This document shows, one piece after another, positions 1 through 10,749 of a stretch of DNA of 64,000 bases (the stretch's first letter is position 1; each line of letters opens with the position of its first letter). Source of the stretch: an uncultured virus (IMG/VR IMGVR_UViG_3300021387_003647) (lineage: Duplodnaviria; Heunggongvirae; Uroviricota; Caudoviricetes); IMG/VR virus record IMGVR_UViG_3300021387_003647; one strand, 5' to 3'. The translations under genes and the position numbers were made by a program. The notes beneath the pieces are model-generated. The model had not been told where the DNA came from. It did not search any database and was given only the letters and a program-made list of their open reading frames with translations.

Positions 1-1
1 C

Positions 2-151
2 AAACTGCTGTGGGAATACAACAGCGGCGACGAGATGAAAGAGAAACTCTGGGAACCACAGACAGCATCTGGAAGAATCTTCTATTTCCTGCATTATGAA
101 GCAAAAGAACAGTCAGCAGAGGGCATCATAGAAGATAATTTTCCTAAGTGA
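2..151 (+). CDS. Partial hypothetical protein (3' end)
   Basis: Open frame from window edge, KLLWEYNSG...DNFPK, TGA at 149-151. Confidence 0.6.
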   Translation, partial: KLLWEYNSGDEMKEKLWEPQTASGRIFYFLHYEAKEQSAEGIIEDNFPK

Positions 152-166
152 GATAAATACTTCGTT

Positions 167-457
167 ATGCTATGGTATATCATATACATAATAGTAGCGA
201 TTTATGTGCTATTCTGCCTGTCGTATAACATACGAAAAGGCAAGAAGTTCTTTAAGAAACAGATCAGGAATAGCCTGAATGGACGTCTCGGAACTGTCAA
301 GGACAATCTCGGAGGCTGTGCATATGAAGTATTGGTATATTCACCAGAAGGAAACATCAAGCGGACGTGCTGGTCCGAGACCGGAGACATAGAAGTAGGC
401 ACGGAAGTGACACTACAATGGAACGAAAAAGAAAACAAATATTTCTTGCAGCTTTAA
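167..457 (+). CDS. Small membrane protein (N-terminal TM helix; possibly NfeD-like C-terminal domain)
   Basis: Hydrophobic N-terminus MLWYIIYIIVAIYVLF; ATAAATA at 153-159. Confidence 0.6.
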   Translation: MLWYIIYIIVAIYVLFCLSYNIRKGKKFFKKQIRNSLNGRLGTVKDNLGGCAYEVLVYSPEGNIKRTCWSETGDIEVGTEVTLQWNEKENKYFLQL

Positions 458-537
458 ACAAGCGCATTGCTTTTGACATAGTTAATTTATAAATTTTTCG
501 AGAGGACAATTCGTTCTCTCGTTTTTTATATTAAAAA

Positions 538-562
538 GAGTGCTCCCGTTTCTGAGAGCACT
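538..562. terminator. Intrinsic terminator hairpin (GAGTGCTC...GAGCACTC)
   Basis: Inverted repeat with an A-tract, between convergent genes. Confidence 0.6.
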
Positions 563-599
563 CAAATCAATGAAAGTATTAAAACCACAAAACATTTCA

Positions 600-1709
600 T
601 TACATATCCAGATAGTCGGACATATCGTCATCTTCGGGCTTCGGAGCCTTGCTGATGCGACTGTCTTCAATCTCTTCGGGATTCTCCTTCATGAATCCTT
701 TCTCAATAGCATCAATACTGAGCTTAATCTTCAGCACTGAAGAAATCCAGTTCAGAATCAGTTTACCGGTCCGGCGAGTCTCTTCGTTCTTGAAGAAGTC
801 ATAGACGTTGGTAATGTCACTGCTCTTCGGTGTGGGCTGTGCAATCTTACCGTCGATACCGCCATCGAGCCAACCCTGCTTCTTCATCACACGATAAGCC
901 ATCTGCGGAGCCTTACAACCGTAGATAAGATTCTCGTTCACTGCTACATACAGACGGAACATAAAGCTCTTCTGTGTGTCGCCGATAAGGATGTAGTAGA
1001 TGTTGTAGAACGGAGTGTCAGGATCTTCCGGCTTCTCGATATTCTTCTTACGCTGTACGATGCAGACTTCATAACCGCTGGCGGGAGTCTCGTCAATAGG
1101 CAGATACTCACCTTCAGTCACGTAACGCTGACGAGCAGGTGCTTTGTCACCCATAAAGTAACGGTAGTGAATGCTGGTGCCGAGCAAGTCGTTAATCTGT
1201 GCGGAAACTTCCTTAGCCATTGCCTTGTTACGACCCAATGCACAGCCGATAGCATACAGGTTGCTCTTGGCGATAGCACGACGCTGATACAAGTTGGCAA
1301 TGTCGGTCTTAATGTCCATCGATTTAATCTCAACGAGGTCGCTCTTGCGAATACGAACTACAGCCGTGTAGTTCTTCTGGTACTGGAACACCAGCACGTT
1401 CATATTGTGCGGTGTGTAGTTGGCAATCGTGAACACGCGGCCTCCGGGAATTTCAATCTCCTTCAGGATATCGAGCGTCACTTCGTGCTCAGTATGCTGT
1501 TCACGAGCCAGGGCTTCATCACCCATAGAACGGAACCGTGCTGCCAGGTCAGTCTGACCGTACTTCTCAGCACGCTCAGCAGCATCGTAGTACATCGTGC
1601 TGCTGGCCTCATCCAGTGTCATAGCCGATACGTAAGCATCAATCATCGGCCCGCACTGTTCTTGAATCTTTTTTACGATGGCATCAACCATCTTCTGTTT
1701 GTCTTTCAT
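600..1709 (-). CDS. Hypothetical protein, 369 aa (late-type promoter)
   Basis: Long ORF; ATAAATA on minus strand at 1743-1749. Confidence 0.8.
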   Translation of the reverse strand: MKDKQKMVDAIVKKIQEQCGPMIDAYVSAMTLDEASSTMYYDAAERAEKYGQTDLAARFRSMGDEALAREQHTEHEVTLDILKEIEIPGGRVFTIANYTPHNMNVLVFQYQKNYTAVVRIRKSDLVEIKSMDIKTDIANLYQRRAIAKSNLYAIGCALGRNKAMAKEVSAQINDLLGTSIHYRYFMGDKAPARQRYVTEGEYLPIDETPASGYEVCIVQRKKNIEKPEDPDTPFYNIYYILIGDTQKSFMFRLYVAVNENLIYGCKAPQMAYRVMKKQGWLDGGIDGKIAQPTPKSSDITNVYDFFKNEETRRTGKLILNWISSVLKIKLSIDAIEKGFMKENPEEIEDSRISKAPKPEDDDMSDYLDM

Positions 1710-1764
1710 TATTATTTGCGCAAAAAATATTTTAATTTGTGTTATTTATCAACGACTGTCAGAG

Positions 1765-2055
1765 TCATTTTAAATATTCGTCTTCGTTGAGCGAGAGATT
1801 GAATTCCGTCTCGTGCTCGTGGTCGTGAACCAGGTGCTGTGGGAACTTGTCTTCGGTCTTCTTGTGACACCCGACATAGATGCCGACATTGCCCGTCTGC
1901 ATCTGTTCAATGGAGCAATAGTAATACTCGTAACCTTCTGGAGTCCAGTACTCCGCCAACAATGCGTAGTTGCGCTTATGCTCGTAATAACTGATAGTGC
2001 GGGTCGAATACTCTTCGAGAAAGTCCCAGTCAATAGAATGAATATGTGTGTACAT
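1765..2055 (-). CDS. Hypothetical protein, 96 aa
   Basis: ATG-TGA ORF co-oriented with neighbours. Confidence 0.6.
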   Translation of the reverse strand: MYTHIHSIDWDFLEEYSTRTISYYEHKRNYALLAEYWTPEGYEYYYCSIEQMQTGNVGIYVGCHKKTEDKFPQHLVHDHEHETEFNLSLNEDEYLK

Positions 2056-2114
2056 CTTAATATTAAATTAGTTTCTTTACAGTATTTAACTGCGTTTTTG
2101 CGGAAGTTTGGACT

Positions 2115-2828
2115 TTATGTTGTCGCATTATCATCGTCTTTACGAATAGTTCCCTCGTTAATCGGAATCGACAATTCATCAACAAGCAGTGTCGGGTCGG
2201 ATGCTTTATAAATTCGAGTACGAGTTTCCCCGTCATCAATATCGAAAGCAGTTGACTGCGAATCGCTCATTGCAAGTGTATTATTCCGTGTTGCTTCAGA
2301 ATAAGAAAGTGCTGAAGTATTATTGTTATTATTCTATGAATATGTTGGTGTATTCGCAGAAGGAGTTGAACTTGACATTGGAATATTGCTAACATCTGTT
2401 GAATAGAAATATGCAATTTCTTTTCTTCGTCTTCCAGTTAAAAGCCCTTTGCAAGTATATGAATTCAACCAAAGATTAATAAACTTCTACTTGTCTGTTT
2501 TCCACATTCCCGATTTTGCCGCTTTTCCAACAGCAGTCTTTGATACGGTGCCGTGATTATATGCTAATGAAAATAATGCACCGAATGCACCTTTTGGCAT
2601 ATCACTTGTCCATACTTTATTTACATCTTTTTCAAAACGTTGTTTGTCTTGATTAAAAAGACTTTGAATTTCAGCATCAGAATATATTTTATTCGGAATT
2701 ACATCTGGCCCATAGTGTCCTAAGCCAACTGAGAAATAACGTTCTGATTTCGTTGCTTTATACGGGCGACTGCGTTTTCCTTCCTCGCGGACTAAGAAAT
2801 TATAATCACTCTATGACAAACTACCCAT
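2115..2828 (-). CDS. GH24-type lysozyme/muramidase, 237 aa, 3 in-frame TAG (2811, 2487, 2334); absent from ORF track
   Basis: Manual translation MGSLS(Q)SDYNFLVREEGKRSRPYKATKSERYFSVGLGHYGPDV...FGALFSLAYNHG...GLLTGRRRKEIAYF matches the GH24 pattern (EG..PY..GxGH, ALxSxAYN, GLxxRRxxE). Confidence 0.88.
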
Positions 2829-2830
2829 CG

Positions 2831-3601
2831 TTACGTTGTCTAATTATTTCCGTTTGTTGATGCATCTTCTCGGAGAGTGCCTTCGTTCATCGGGATAGAC
2901 AGTTCGTCGAGTGTAATCTTCGAAGTAGATGCAGCATAGATACGAGTGCGATGACCGTTTTCATCATCAGCACCAATATCTCCTAATGCTGTTGCCGGAG
3001 ACAGTTGGTTACTCATCGCATCTGAGAACACGCTCTGGTCAACACTTGCTTCTTGCGCTCCAGCAATCGGAGCAACATACGGACTTTGATTATCCCACTG
3101 TTGTGGAGTTCCGTAAGTCGGTGTATAAGGAGCTGGAGCAGCAAGCGGACCAGCTCCACCAAGTCTCCAGAAAACAGTATAAGATTTGATTTTTGCAGAT
3201 CTCGTCGGTAGACCTCCGCGTGACACATTGTGATTAGAACCCCATGACCAAGAAGTGTGAGAACCATTTACTTTACCATTATAAATCTCTACGTGTCCGG
3301 GAAAAGCAATAATATCATACGGTTGAACAATATCTAAACTATAACGATATTGTTGGAATCCTGCTTTAGTCAGCAAATTATATAATGTTCCGCTTGTCGC
3401 AGCAAAGTCTCTTGAACAGAAACACTGCGATGTGCTGATATATCCTGCTACTCTCAAGCAACATGATACAAATCCGGAACAGTCTTTCCGGACATTTCCA
3501 GCATTAGGCAGTGGACAGCGAATCCAACCCGCTTGGTTATATTCGTTGATATTTTGTGCGTACCAGTTGCCGCACTGTTGTACTACTGAAGGCCAACTCA
3601 T
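2831..3601 (-). CDS. NlpC/P60-family cysteine peptidase/amidase, 256 aa (TAG at 2840 read through)
   Basis: DCSGFVS and GHVEIY catalytic motifs; TAA at 2831 lies 2 nt before the lysozyme ATG. Confidence 0.85.
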
Positions 3602-3684
3602 AATCTTACTATCGAATTATTTTGTGTATTTATTACGATAATTTTAGAATACTGCCCAAAGTGACCTATTAAATCGATTAAAAT

Positions 3685-3792
3685 TCATCTATCGAATGAG
3701 TTGCAAGTCGTCTATCGAACGGATTACAAATCGATTCTCGAACGATTTTGAAGTCATTCAATAGACGAGTTACCTATCGATTCAATAGATGA
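3685..3792. repeat. Four 12-bp TCRTCTATYGAA boxes, two direct and two inverted
   Basis: TCATCTATCGAA 3685, TCGTCTATCGAA 3708, TTCAATAGACGA 3757, TTCAATAGATGA 3781. Confidence 0.7.
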
Positions 3793-3809
3793 GTTCAGAC
3801 ACAACAAAA

Positions 3810-3832
3810 AGAGCACCCGTTTAAGGATGCTC
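3810..3832 (-). terminator. Intrinsic terminator (GAGCA..TGCTC stem, U-tract on minus strand)
   Basis: Hairpin just downstream of the stop at 3847. Confidence 0.6.
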
Positions 3833-3846
3833 TCAAATCTCTACTC

Positions 3847-5148
3847 TTATTTCTTCAACTCCGGTTCACCGTTATCGTTTGTAGTCCATCGCTCAGGATG
3901 TTTCACCGGGTCGATGGGTTCACACTTGTCGATAATCTTCATCTTGCTTGGATTCTCCCCGAAGTTAATCGTCGGACGGTGCCAGCGCATCGGCTTATTT
4001 TTGCCATCATGATGTTCATAATAATCATATGTGACTTTCAAATCACGAATGAACAACCAACCAAGGTCGATACTGTCAAATTGTTTCGGATAACTTACAA
4101 TTAGTTGCAAGCAATTGATAGTCGGATATAACCAGTTACGAGTAATATACGAGAAATTGGCTTTTTTCTGATCATAATTCCATAACTTTAACTTCAGCGT
4201 CCCGTCAACAGTTATCTGAAGATATTTCTTCTTGCCTTTCTCTATCTTCGACTTGATATAATCAACATCATCAGTACTAAACCAAGCGGTCTGACTCTTC
4301 GGAATCTCTATGCGATAGCACAGTTCATCTTCGTAAGCAATGACATCTTTCGGGTCCACGTGAATCTTCTTCAGAATCTTCAACAGTTGGGTCGGGATTC
4401 TTGCTTCCTTGTCACGGTCGAACCACGCCCGGACTTGCTCCTTGAACTGACTCTTATAGTCACGGCGGACTATCCGGAACAAATTTCGCAGGATATTTTC
4501 TTCTCCCGTACTCTGCATCGAGTTCTGCAGGTCTTTGTATTTCTTGTCGTCTATGGGCCAGTGATGATGTTCGTTGCCGTAGTGGGTCCAGATGTCCAGT
4601 TTACAGAACTTGCCGCCCAGTGTCTTCTCAGCCAACTGATTAAAGACTTCAATCATCTTCATCACCATATCGATGAGTTCTTCGTCAGGACAGTCTATCT
4701 CGACACCCGACAGTGTAACACCTAGAGAATACATCTGCTGCAAGCGTCCTTCAGTCACCTGGTCCGGGTCACAATAGAACTTGATGCCGTTCTGCTCGAA
4801 TTCTTTATCACGTGCTTCAAACTCCAACTGTTTCTGACGGTAATCAGACCAGTTATCTGTCTTATACTCCCAACTAGGACGATAGACATTAACATACGAA
4901 TCATCGAAATGTATGTATTTGTTGAAGTACAAGATGCGATTGAACTGCCGGTACAGCATACGGATGCCGTTCAGATAGTCTTTGTAGTTCTCACGAATCT
5001 TCGTTGACAACTTATTGACATCGAACGTCATCGTCATCTCCCAGGCAAGGGAATCTTCCATGTCTGCCTCGGCACGGTCTGTCTCGTAGTCTTCATCTCC
5101 GACATAACGGTCCAGGAAGTCTTCGAATATGTTGTTCATCTCTTTCAT
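3847..5148 (-). CDS. Hypothetical protein, 433 aa, acidic N-terminus (IFEDFLD)
   Basis: Long ORF; ATGA overlap with the upstream gene. Confidence 0.85.
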   Translation of the reverse strand: MKEMNNIFEDFLDRYVGDEDYETDRAEADMEDSLAWEMTMTFDVNKLSTKIRENYKDYLNGIRMLYRQFNRILYFNKYIHFDDSYVNVYRPSWEYKTDNWSDYRQKQLEFEARDKEFEQNGIKFYCDPDQVTEGRLQQMYSLGVTLSGVEIDCPDEELIDMVMKMIEVFNQLAEKTLGGKFCKLDIWTHYGNEHHHWPIDDKKYKDLQNSMQSTGEENILRNLFRIVRRDYKSQFKEQVRAWFDRDKEARIPTQLLKILKKIHVDPKDVIAYEDELCYRIEIPKSQTAWFSTDDVDYIKSKIEKGKKKYLQITVDGTLKLKLWNYDQKKANFSYITRNWLYPTINCLQLIVSYPKQFDSIDLGWLFIRDLKVTYDYYEHHDGKNKPMRWHRPTINFGENPSKMKIIDKCEPIDPVKHPERWTTNDNGEPELKK

Positions 5149-6482
5149 CTCTTCGGCGGTACTTCAATGTTGTAAACTTTTGTTCCACGGGTGGTCTTGA
5201 TTTTCAGTTTCATCATAACCGGATTCGGACTGGTTTTGTAACGCGTATATGTCTTGGCACTTTCCGCAACGACTGCACTGACATTGCATCCTGGAAATTC
5301 CTTGGTCAAGTCCCATACCTTTCCAGACATCGAGCGAACCCATTCTTTGCCAAGCCCAACAATCTTCAATACAATATCTTTACACTCTGGACACATCTCC
5401 AGCACTTTCTTGGGTTGGTCAAGTGCGTACTTCATATCGTATGATTCTGTAACCGTCAATTTCAACTGTGTCAGATTACGCACAATAAACTGGTATTTCT
5501 TCTTCTACAACCATTTGACTGTTCCGTTTGCAATGGCAATAACTGTACTCGGGTATGCATTCCACACAAACTTATTACGACAGTCCACTTCTATCTTGCC
5601 GTCCACCCGCTTGAATGTCATCGTCTCCGAATACAAATCGATATACTTCAGCACTTTACGTTCAAGGTCTGTCAACTGCACACTGTCGCCGTTGAACAGT
5701 GCTGCCTTGCCGCTCAACATCGCCCGTGCTTCTGCTTCACACTCCTTATACGTCTTCTCCGGAAAGAATATCTTACAATACTTAAAGAAGTTATCGCAGT
5801 AACTGGTACCGCCGAGCCGGAGTTCCTTCACTTCATTCTCCTTGAAGTGCATATCGGTTGTCATCTTTCCGGCACTGTTCTGTCTCCAGGCCATCACAGC
5901 ATTGGGTTTAATGCTGCTGCCGAATGCCCGTTTCAGAGCAATGGCGAAAGCATTCCATATGTCAATCTCCATCCGTCGCACATCGGCAACGGTCAAGATA
6001 TTAAACCGGAAACCGACACAGAACCACATCGTGTTGTCACCGTCCCGGCGAGCAATCATCTTCCGCACTTTCTCTTCGTCCTGCACAAACCACACTCCCT
6101 CGATATTCGTATTCAGAGGAATACTCCTGCCGAGAGAGTCTTTCTCATCACTGAGTTGTGTGTACCACCGTTCGTTGGGGTGGTAATAGCCGAAACGATA
6201 CTCCAGGTGCTTCTCTGCCGAGAACTCTGTGATGACACGGGAAAGTTCCAGCATATGCACAAACAGTGTCTGGAACTTCCGGGCTTTCTCGTAGAACGTA
6301 TCGGGATTGGTCAGTTTGAACGGACTGCATCGGAAATGAAACCGCCACGGATAGTCAAAGGCACTATCCCGACTCTCGTCAGCATCTTCCGCTGTCACAG
6401 AGTCGGTCTCATCTTCGAAGTCATCAAAGCGTTTGTTATCGAAGAAGTCTTCGTTTAGTCGGTAGTTTCTGTCCATCTGCAT
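5145..6482 (-). CDS. Hypothetical protein, 445 aa (ORFs 5505..6485 and 5145..5483 joined by TAG at 5505)
   Basis: Same frame: KWL(Q)KKKYQFIVRNLTQLKL; N-terminal LNEDFFD. Confidence 0.8.
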
Positions 6483-7882
6483 CAAATCTTCGTCTATTTA
6501 CAGCCGCATCCGTCTTCGGGAGTCGGATGACTATGGTCGTGGCTCGGACTTCCTCCGGGATAAACCAGTTGCTCGGCTTCACAATTCCAACCGCATCCGA
6601 AGCCGCACACCGGCGACCACGGGTTGCGATACCAGCAACGGTGGTTCCAGAAACGGATGTTGAAGTACTCGGCATAAGTGGGATGACTACCGTTCGGGAC
6701 ATACTTCCAACCGGTTGTCTTGCTGGTGCCCTGTCCTTCGGGAACATAGTCGCCGTCTTCGTTGACTTCCAGGTTCGGCACGTCCGTATTCTCTTCGAGC
6801 CACTTGTGATAGTCGTCGTAGTTCAGTTTCTCAGCATCGTCCAGATAACAGTCGGGCTTGTCGGTGCTCATCGTAATCTCCGGATTCTGCGGATTGTTCA
6901 AGTATTCGCTCATGTATCTCATAGCATCATCAGTGTTATAATCATTTTCAGTATAGTAGTCGTGAATGTTTTCGTGGATGTTTCTCAGTGTCCGGCACAC
7001 ATCGTCTTCCGTTGTCTCGGGAATACGCAGTGCGATGTGGTTGCACCAGAGACCGGGCAGGATTCTGTTGTAGTCGTTGACGGGATACGACATATAGAAC
7101 TTCGTGTGGTCGTAAATATAGCCGTCGAAGAAAGCACCGTCTTCCGGACGCAGGAACACCGGTTCATAGACATCCTGGTCGAGTCCGTCAACCTTGATAC
7201 TGCCGCCCCGGTGCAACAGTGCTTCGTTGATGCAACAGCCGGTGGCAGTGTCCCAGATATTATGCTTGTATGCCGTCCAGTATTGTTCACCGGTAACGGT
7301 CACGCGGTCGTTCAGTGCCACACGGATCCGGTAACGCTTGTCTGTCAAGTAAGGGATATACGCACGTGGAATCAGCATCGTACTGACACCCTCTGGATAC
7401 AGACAGTAAGCATACGGACCGCTCATCTTCGGAGCAGCAATCAACCGGCCGCTCCACACAATCATATCTCCTTCAGGAATCGACTCGACAAAAGCACTCA
7501 ACAGCGGAACGTTCACGTAAGTCCGGGCCGAGCAGACCATCACATAGTCCACATCACGTATCTTATACAACAGGGTACGCAATGCCGTTGAGAGCATCCC
7601 GAAGGTATCGAAGAGCGTATCCTTGCTGTCGATGCAGACCATATTACACTCCTTGTCGAGAATGCCGATGGAACGATGTGGAGTCTTTCCGCGCAGGTCG
7701 TCCGTCATCGGACCGTAAGCAAACAGTTCGATATTCGGGTAACGGGATGTTTTCTCACTGGACTCCGGGTCGGTGACCGTCTGTTCCAGAATATCTGCAC
7801 CCCACGTATGCTCGATGTGCTCGAATACCCGGCCGTACAATTGCTCACTATTGCACTATACTAATATCAGAATCTTTTTCAT
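6482..7882 (-). CDS. Putative glycosyltransferase-like protein (GT31/Fringe-like N-terminus), 466 aa, TAG at 7856 and 6494
   Basis: MKKILILV(Q)C...IEHTW...DYVMVCSARTYVNVPLL; TGATG overlap with the next gene; family call tentative. Confidence 0.55.
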
Positions 7883-7944
7883 GCTCTATTTATCAACGAA
7901 AAAATGGAGTTGTAATAACTCCGGTTTGCTATGATAAATAAGAT

Positions 7945-9207
7945 ATGCTGAGAGCAATCAAGATAAGACTATATCCAAACAAGACTCAAGCAGCTTAGTT
8001 CAATAAGTTGCTTGGGTGTTATCGTGTAGTCTATAATCAGTGTCTTAACAGAAAGATTGAATCATATAAGAATAGTCAAATATCAGAGAATCTGACTACA
8101 TTAGGTCATTTCGTTCATCACGAACTGTTGAAAGATGACAACTTCATCTGGCTTAGGGAACAGAACACGAAAGTTCTCAAACAAGCAGTGAAAGATATGC
8201 TTTCCGCATATAAGAACTTCTTTGAACTGCATTCCGGTTTTCCAAAGTTCAAGTCTAAACATGATAACAAACAATCTTGTAGATTTGAAAAACAAGCAAT
8301 TTCTAAGTGCAACGTATATACAGACTATAGAATTTCGCTTGCAAATATAAAGAACGTTAAGTTCAGATGCAGCAGGAAATATGCTGAATATCTTCAGAAA
8401 CACAGAGACTGCATCAGGCAGGCGACACTGAAGCGTCTGCCTTGCGGAGAGTATTATCTCTCAATCTTAGTTGACGGCTGTCTGACTCATCAAGTCAGAG
8501 AAACTAACTCTGCTATCGGTATCGACTTAGGAGTCAAAGATTTTGTTATAACAAGTGAAGGTGAAGTCTTTGATAATCTTCACTTCAAAAAGTTAGAACT
8601 GAATAAAATAAAGAAGTTGCAGAAGCAACTATCAAGAAAACAGAAAGGAAGCAACAACAGAAACAAAGCAAGAATCAGACTTGCCAAGTTATATAAGAAA
8701 ATAGATGATAGAAAACAATACTATCTTCACGAAGTAAGTAATTCGCTTATTGACGAAAACCAAGTCATTTGCATGGAGAATCTGAATGTGAGAGGTATGT
8801 CTAAGAACCATAAGTTAGCAGAGAGCATATTAGAGATGAACTTCGGAGAGTTCAGACGTATGCTTGAGTATAAAGCGAAGTGGTATAATAGACGAATAGT
8901 ATTCGTTGACAGATTCTATCCGTCAAGTAAGACTTGCAATCATTGCGGTTACATAAACAGGCAGTTGACATTGAAAGACAGAGAATGGGTTTGCCCGCAG
9001 TGCGGGCAAACAATCAGCCGAGACTACAATGCTGCTTGTAATATACTTGACGAAAGTTTAAGAATAATAGGGTGCAGTACACCCGAATCTAAGCTTGTGG
9101 AGAACCCAACTGTGGATGAACCAACTGGAAACAGTTCGCTAAAAAGCAGTGGCTCTGTGAAGCAAGAAGTCAATAAAGCACAATGTTCAACTATGTGCAA
9201 GTTTTGA
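7945..9207 (+). CDS. tnpB: TnpB RNA-guided nuclease (IS200/IS605-type, no tnpA nearby), 420 aa, TAG at 7996
   Basis: MLRAIKIRLYPNKTQAA(Q)FNKLLGCYR; RuvC GIDLG / ICMENL / RDYNAA; CNHC..CPQC zinc finger. Confidence 0.93.
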
Positions 9208-9278
9208 CGTACTGTACTTCCAAAAATTTTCTTTTTTCATAATGAATCTTTAATTAGTTAATATTAAAATGTATAGTG

Positions 9279-9352
9279 TGAGACCGGCGGGACTCGAACC
9301 CGCGACCTATTCCTTCGGAGGGAATCGTTCTAATCCACTGAACTACGGTCCC
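9279..9352 (-). tRNA. tRNA-Arg(CCG)
   Basis: GGGACCG/CGGTCTC acceptor stem, ATTCC-CTCCGAA-GGAAT anticodon arm, GGTTCGAGTCC T-arm; CCA not encoded. Confidence 0.93.
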
Positions 9353-9362
9353 GTTGCTGCGA

Positions 9363-10058
9363 TTACCAGCGGTCGGCCAGTCGCAGTTTAGTTTCTCTTT
9401 CTTTCAGTGCAGCATATTCGTCCTCGATGACATCCGTCTCGTCGGACAGCAATAAGTCTTGCTGTACATCATCATCGATGCCGACAGGATGATGCTTGGC
9501 ATACTTCTTACGCTTCGGCTCGGATTTCTGCTGAGGAAGTCCGATGGCATTCTTGCCGTCTCCCCAGCGGAACTGAAGCCAGCCGTCATACTCCCCGTCA
9601 TCCCAAGTGTAACTCTTCGGGAAATCTTCCGGGCGGAAGAACAGGTCGCGCACTACCCTCTGGTCAGTTTTGCGGGAGAACACAGCGGCCGTAATAGTAT
9701 TCTTCTCGACAATACAGGCACTATGCACGAAGCAGATTCTCTGATTCGGATAGTCTTCTATGCGAAGATAGACACCGTCATTGCCCCACTTCAGGATCTG
9801 CTCTTTCTCGAAGTCGAGCACACAATAGCCCCAGTACTTCGCCCCGTCGTCATAGACGGTCTCGTACTTCTTGCTATAACGGCGGGAGTCTTTCGTCTGC
9901 TGCAACTGCGGCCGGGGAGTGTTTCCGTAGAAATTCTGAATGAGCACTACTTCTTCTTTCCACGACTCTTCCCTGTCGAACTCTGAAAAGTCCGTCTTTG
10001 CTTCCTTGTCGTCCCATATCGAGAAGACGACCATATAACGTTTACTGTGTGGTTGCAT
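9363..10058 (-). CDS. Hypothetical protein, ~231 aa
   Basis: ORF; first ATG at 10058. Confidence 0.75.
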   Translation of the reverse strand: MQPHSKRYMVVFSIWDDKEAKTDFSEFDREESWKEEVVLIQNFYGNTPRPQLQQTKDSRRYSKKYETVYDDGAKYWGYCVLDFEKEQILKWGNDGVYLRIEDYPNQRICFVHSACIVEKNTITAAVFSRKTDQRVVRDLFFRPEDFPKSYTWDDGEYDGWLQFRWGDGKNAIGLPQQKSEPKRKKYAKHHPVGIDDDVQQDLLLSDETDVIEDEYAALKERETKLRLADRW

Positions 10059-10071
10059 AATTGTCAAACAT

Positions 10072-10749
10072 TTACATATTACGAAAACTCGTCACTGTAT
10101 CGAAACCGTGACTCTCTATCTTCTCTTCGTTTGTCTGATACTTAGGACCGTCTGACCAGCCGAACAGTTCTTCGTAAATCTTTCGCTGGATGTCAGCAGA
10201 CTCATACTGCGGACTCGGCTGCGGACTATTCGGGAACAGTCGCTTGTTCTTTATGTCAACAACTTTTACTTTCTGAGAAATCATCTTCTCGAAGAGCGCA
10301 TCCAGTTCTTTGAGCAGGTCTGTGACAAAATGGTCGGGCAACGCTTTCTCCTTCGGGTAAATCTCCCACGGACGAAGTTCCTTGCTCAGTGTAATGTCAT
10401 TATATTTCGTAGTGTATGACAACGTATATTTCACATCGTCGATGTACACTTCGAGCACCCGGATTGTCTGTTCACGAACATCAAACCCGTCGTTCCCAGC
10501 AGCCTGGAGTTTATCCACTTTCTTCTTGTAGTAGAATCCGAGCGGCGACTCGCACGTAATCTCTACTTTCTCTTTCTCCCGACTGTAAAGTCCCCGGACA
10601 GTCTTGTTCTGATAGCCGAACTTCTTCTCGTCGATATACGCATAGCCGTTCAGGTGCAGACGACTTTCGTAGTCCGGCAACTGCTCAGTCCTGGTCAGAC
10701 TGACGTGATTCTTGTTGAATAGGTTCGTAACCTTTTGTCTTTTTCCCAT
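10072..10749 (-). CDS. Hypothetical protein, 225 aa
   Basis: ORF downstream of a TACCTTTG promoter box. Confidence 0.8.
   Translation of the reverse strand: MGKRQKVTNLFNKNHVSLTRTEQLPDYESRLHLNGYAYIDEKKFGYQNKTVRGLYSREKEKVEITCESPLGFYYKKKVDKLQAAGNDGFDVREQTIRVLEVYIDDVKYTLSYTTKYNDITLSKELRPWEIYPKEKALPDHFVTDLLKELDALFEKMISQKVKVVDIKNKRLFPNSPQPSPQYESADIQRKIYEELFGWSDGPKYQTNEEKIESHGFDTVTSFRNM

Noticed and set aside
3685..3792. CRISPR or mini-array
   Set aside because: 12-bp boxes in both orientations with no proper spacers
7907..7922. Hairpin as the IS left-end structure of tnpB1
   Set aside because: A near-identical GGAGTTG/(C/T)AACTCC hairpin with an A-tract occurs at about 55615 as a gene terminator, so it is more likely a terminator
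9279..9352. Amber suppressor tRNA or tRNA-linked HDV-like ribozyme
   Set aside because: Anticodon is CCG (Arg); the 3' flank is AT-rich with no recognisable ribozyme fold
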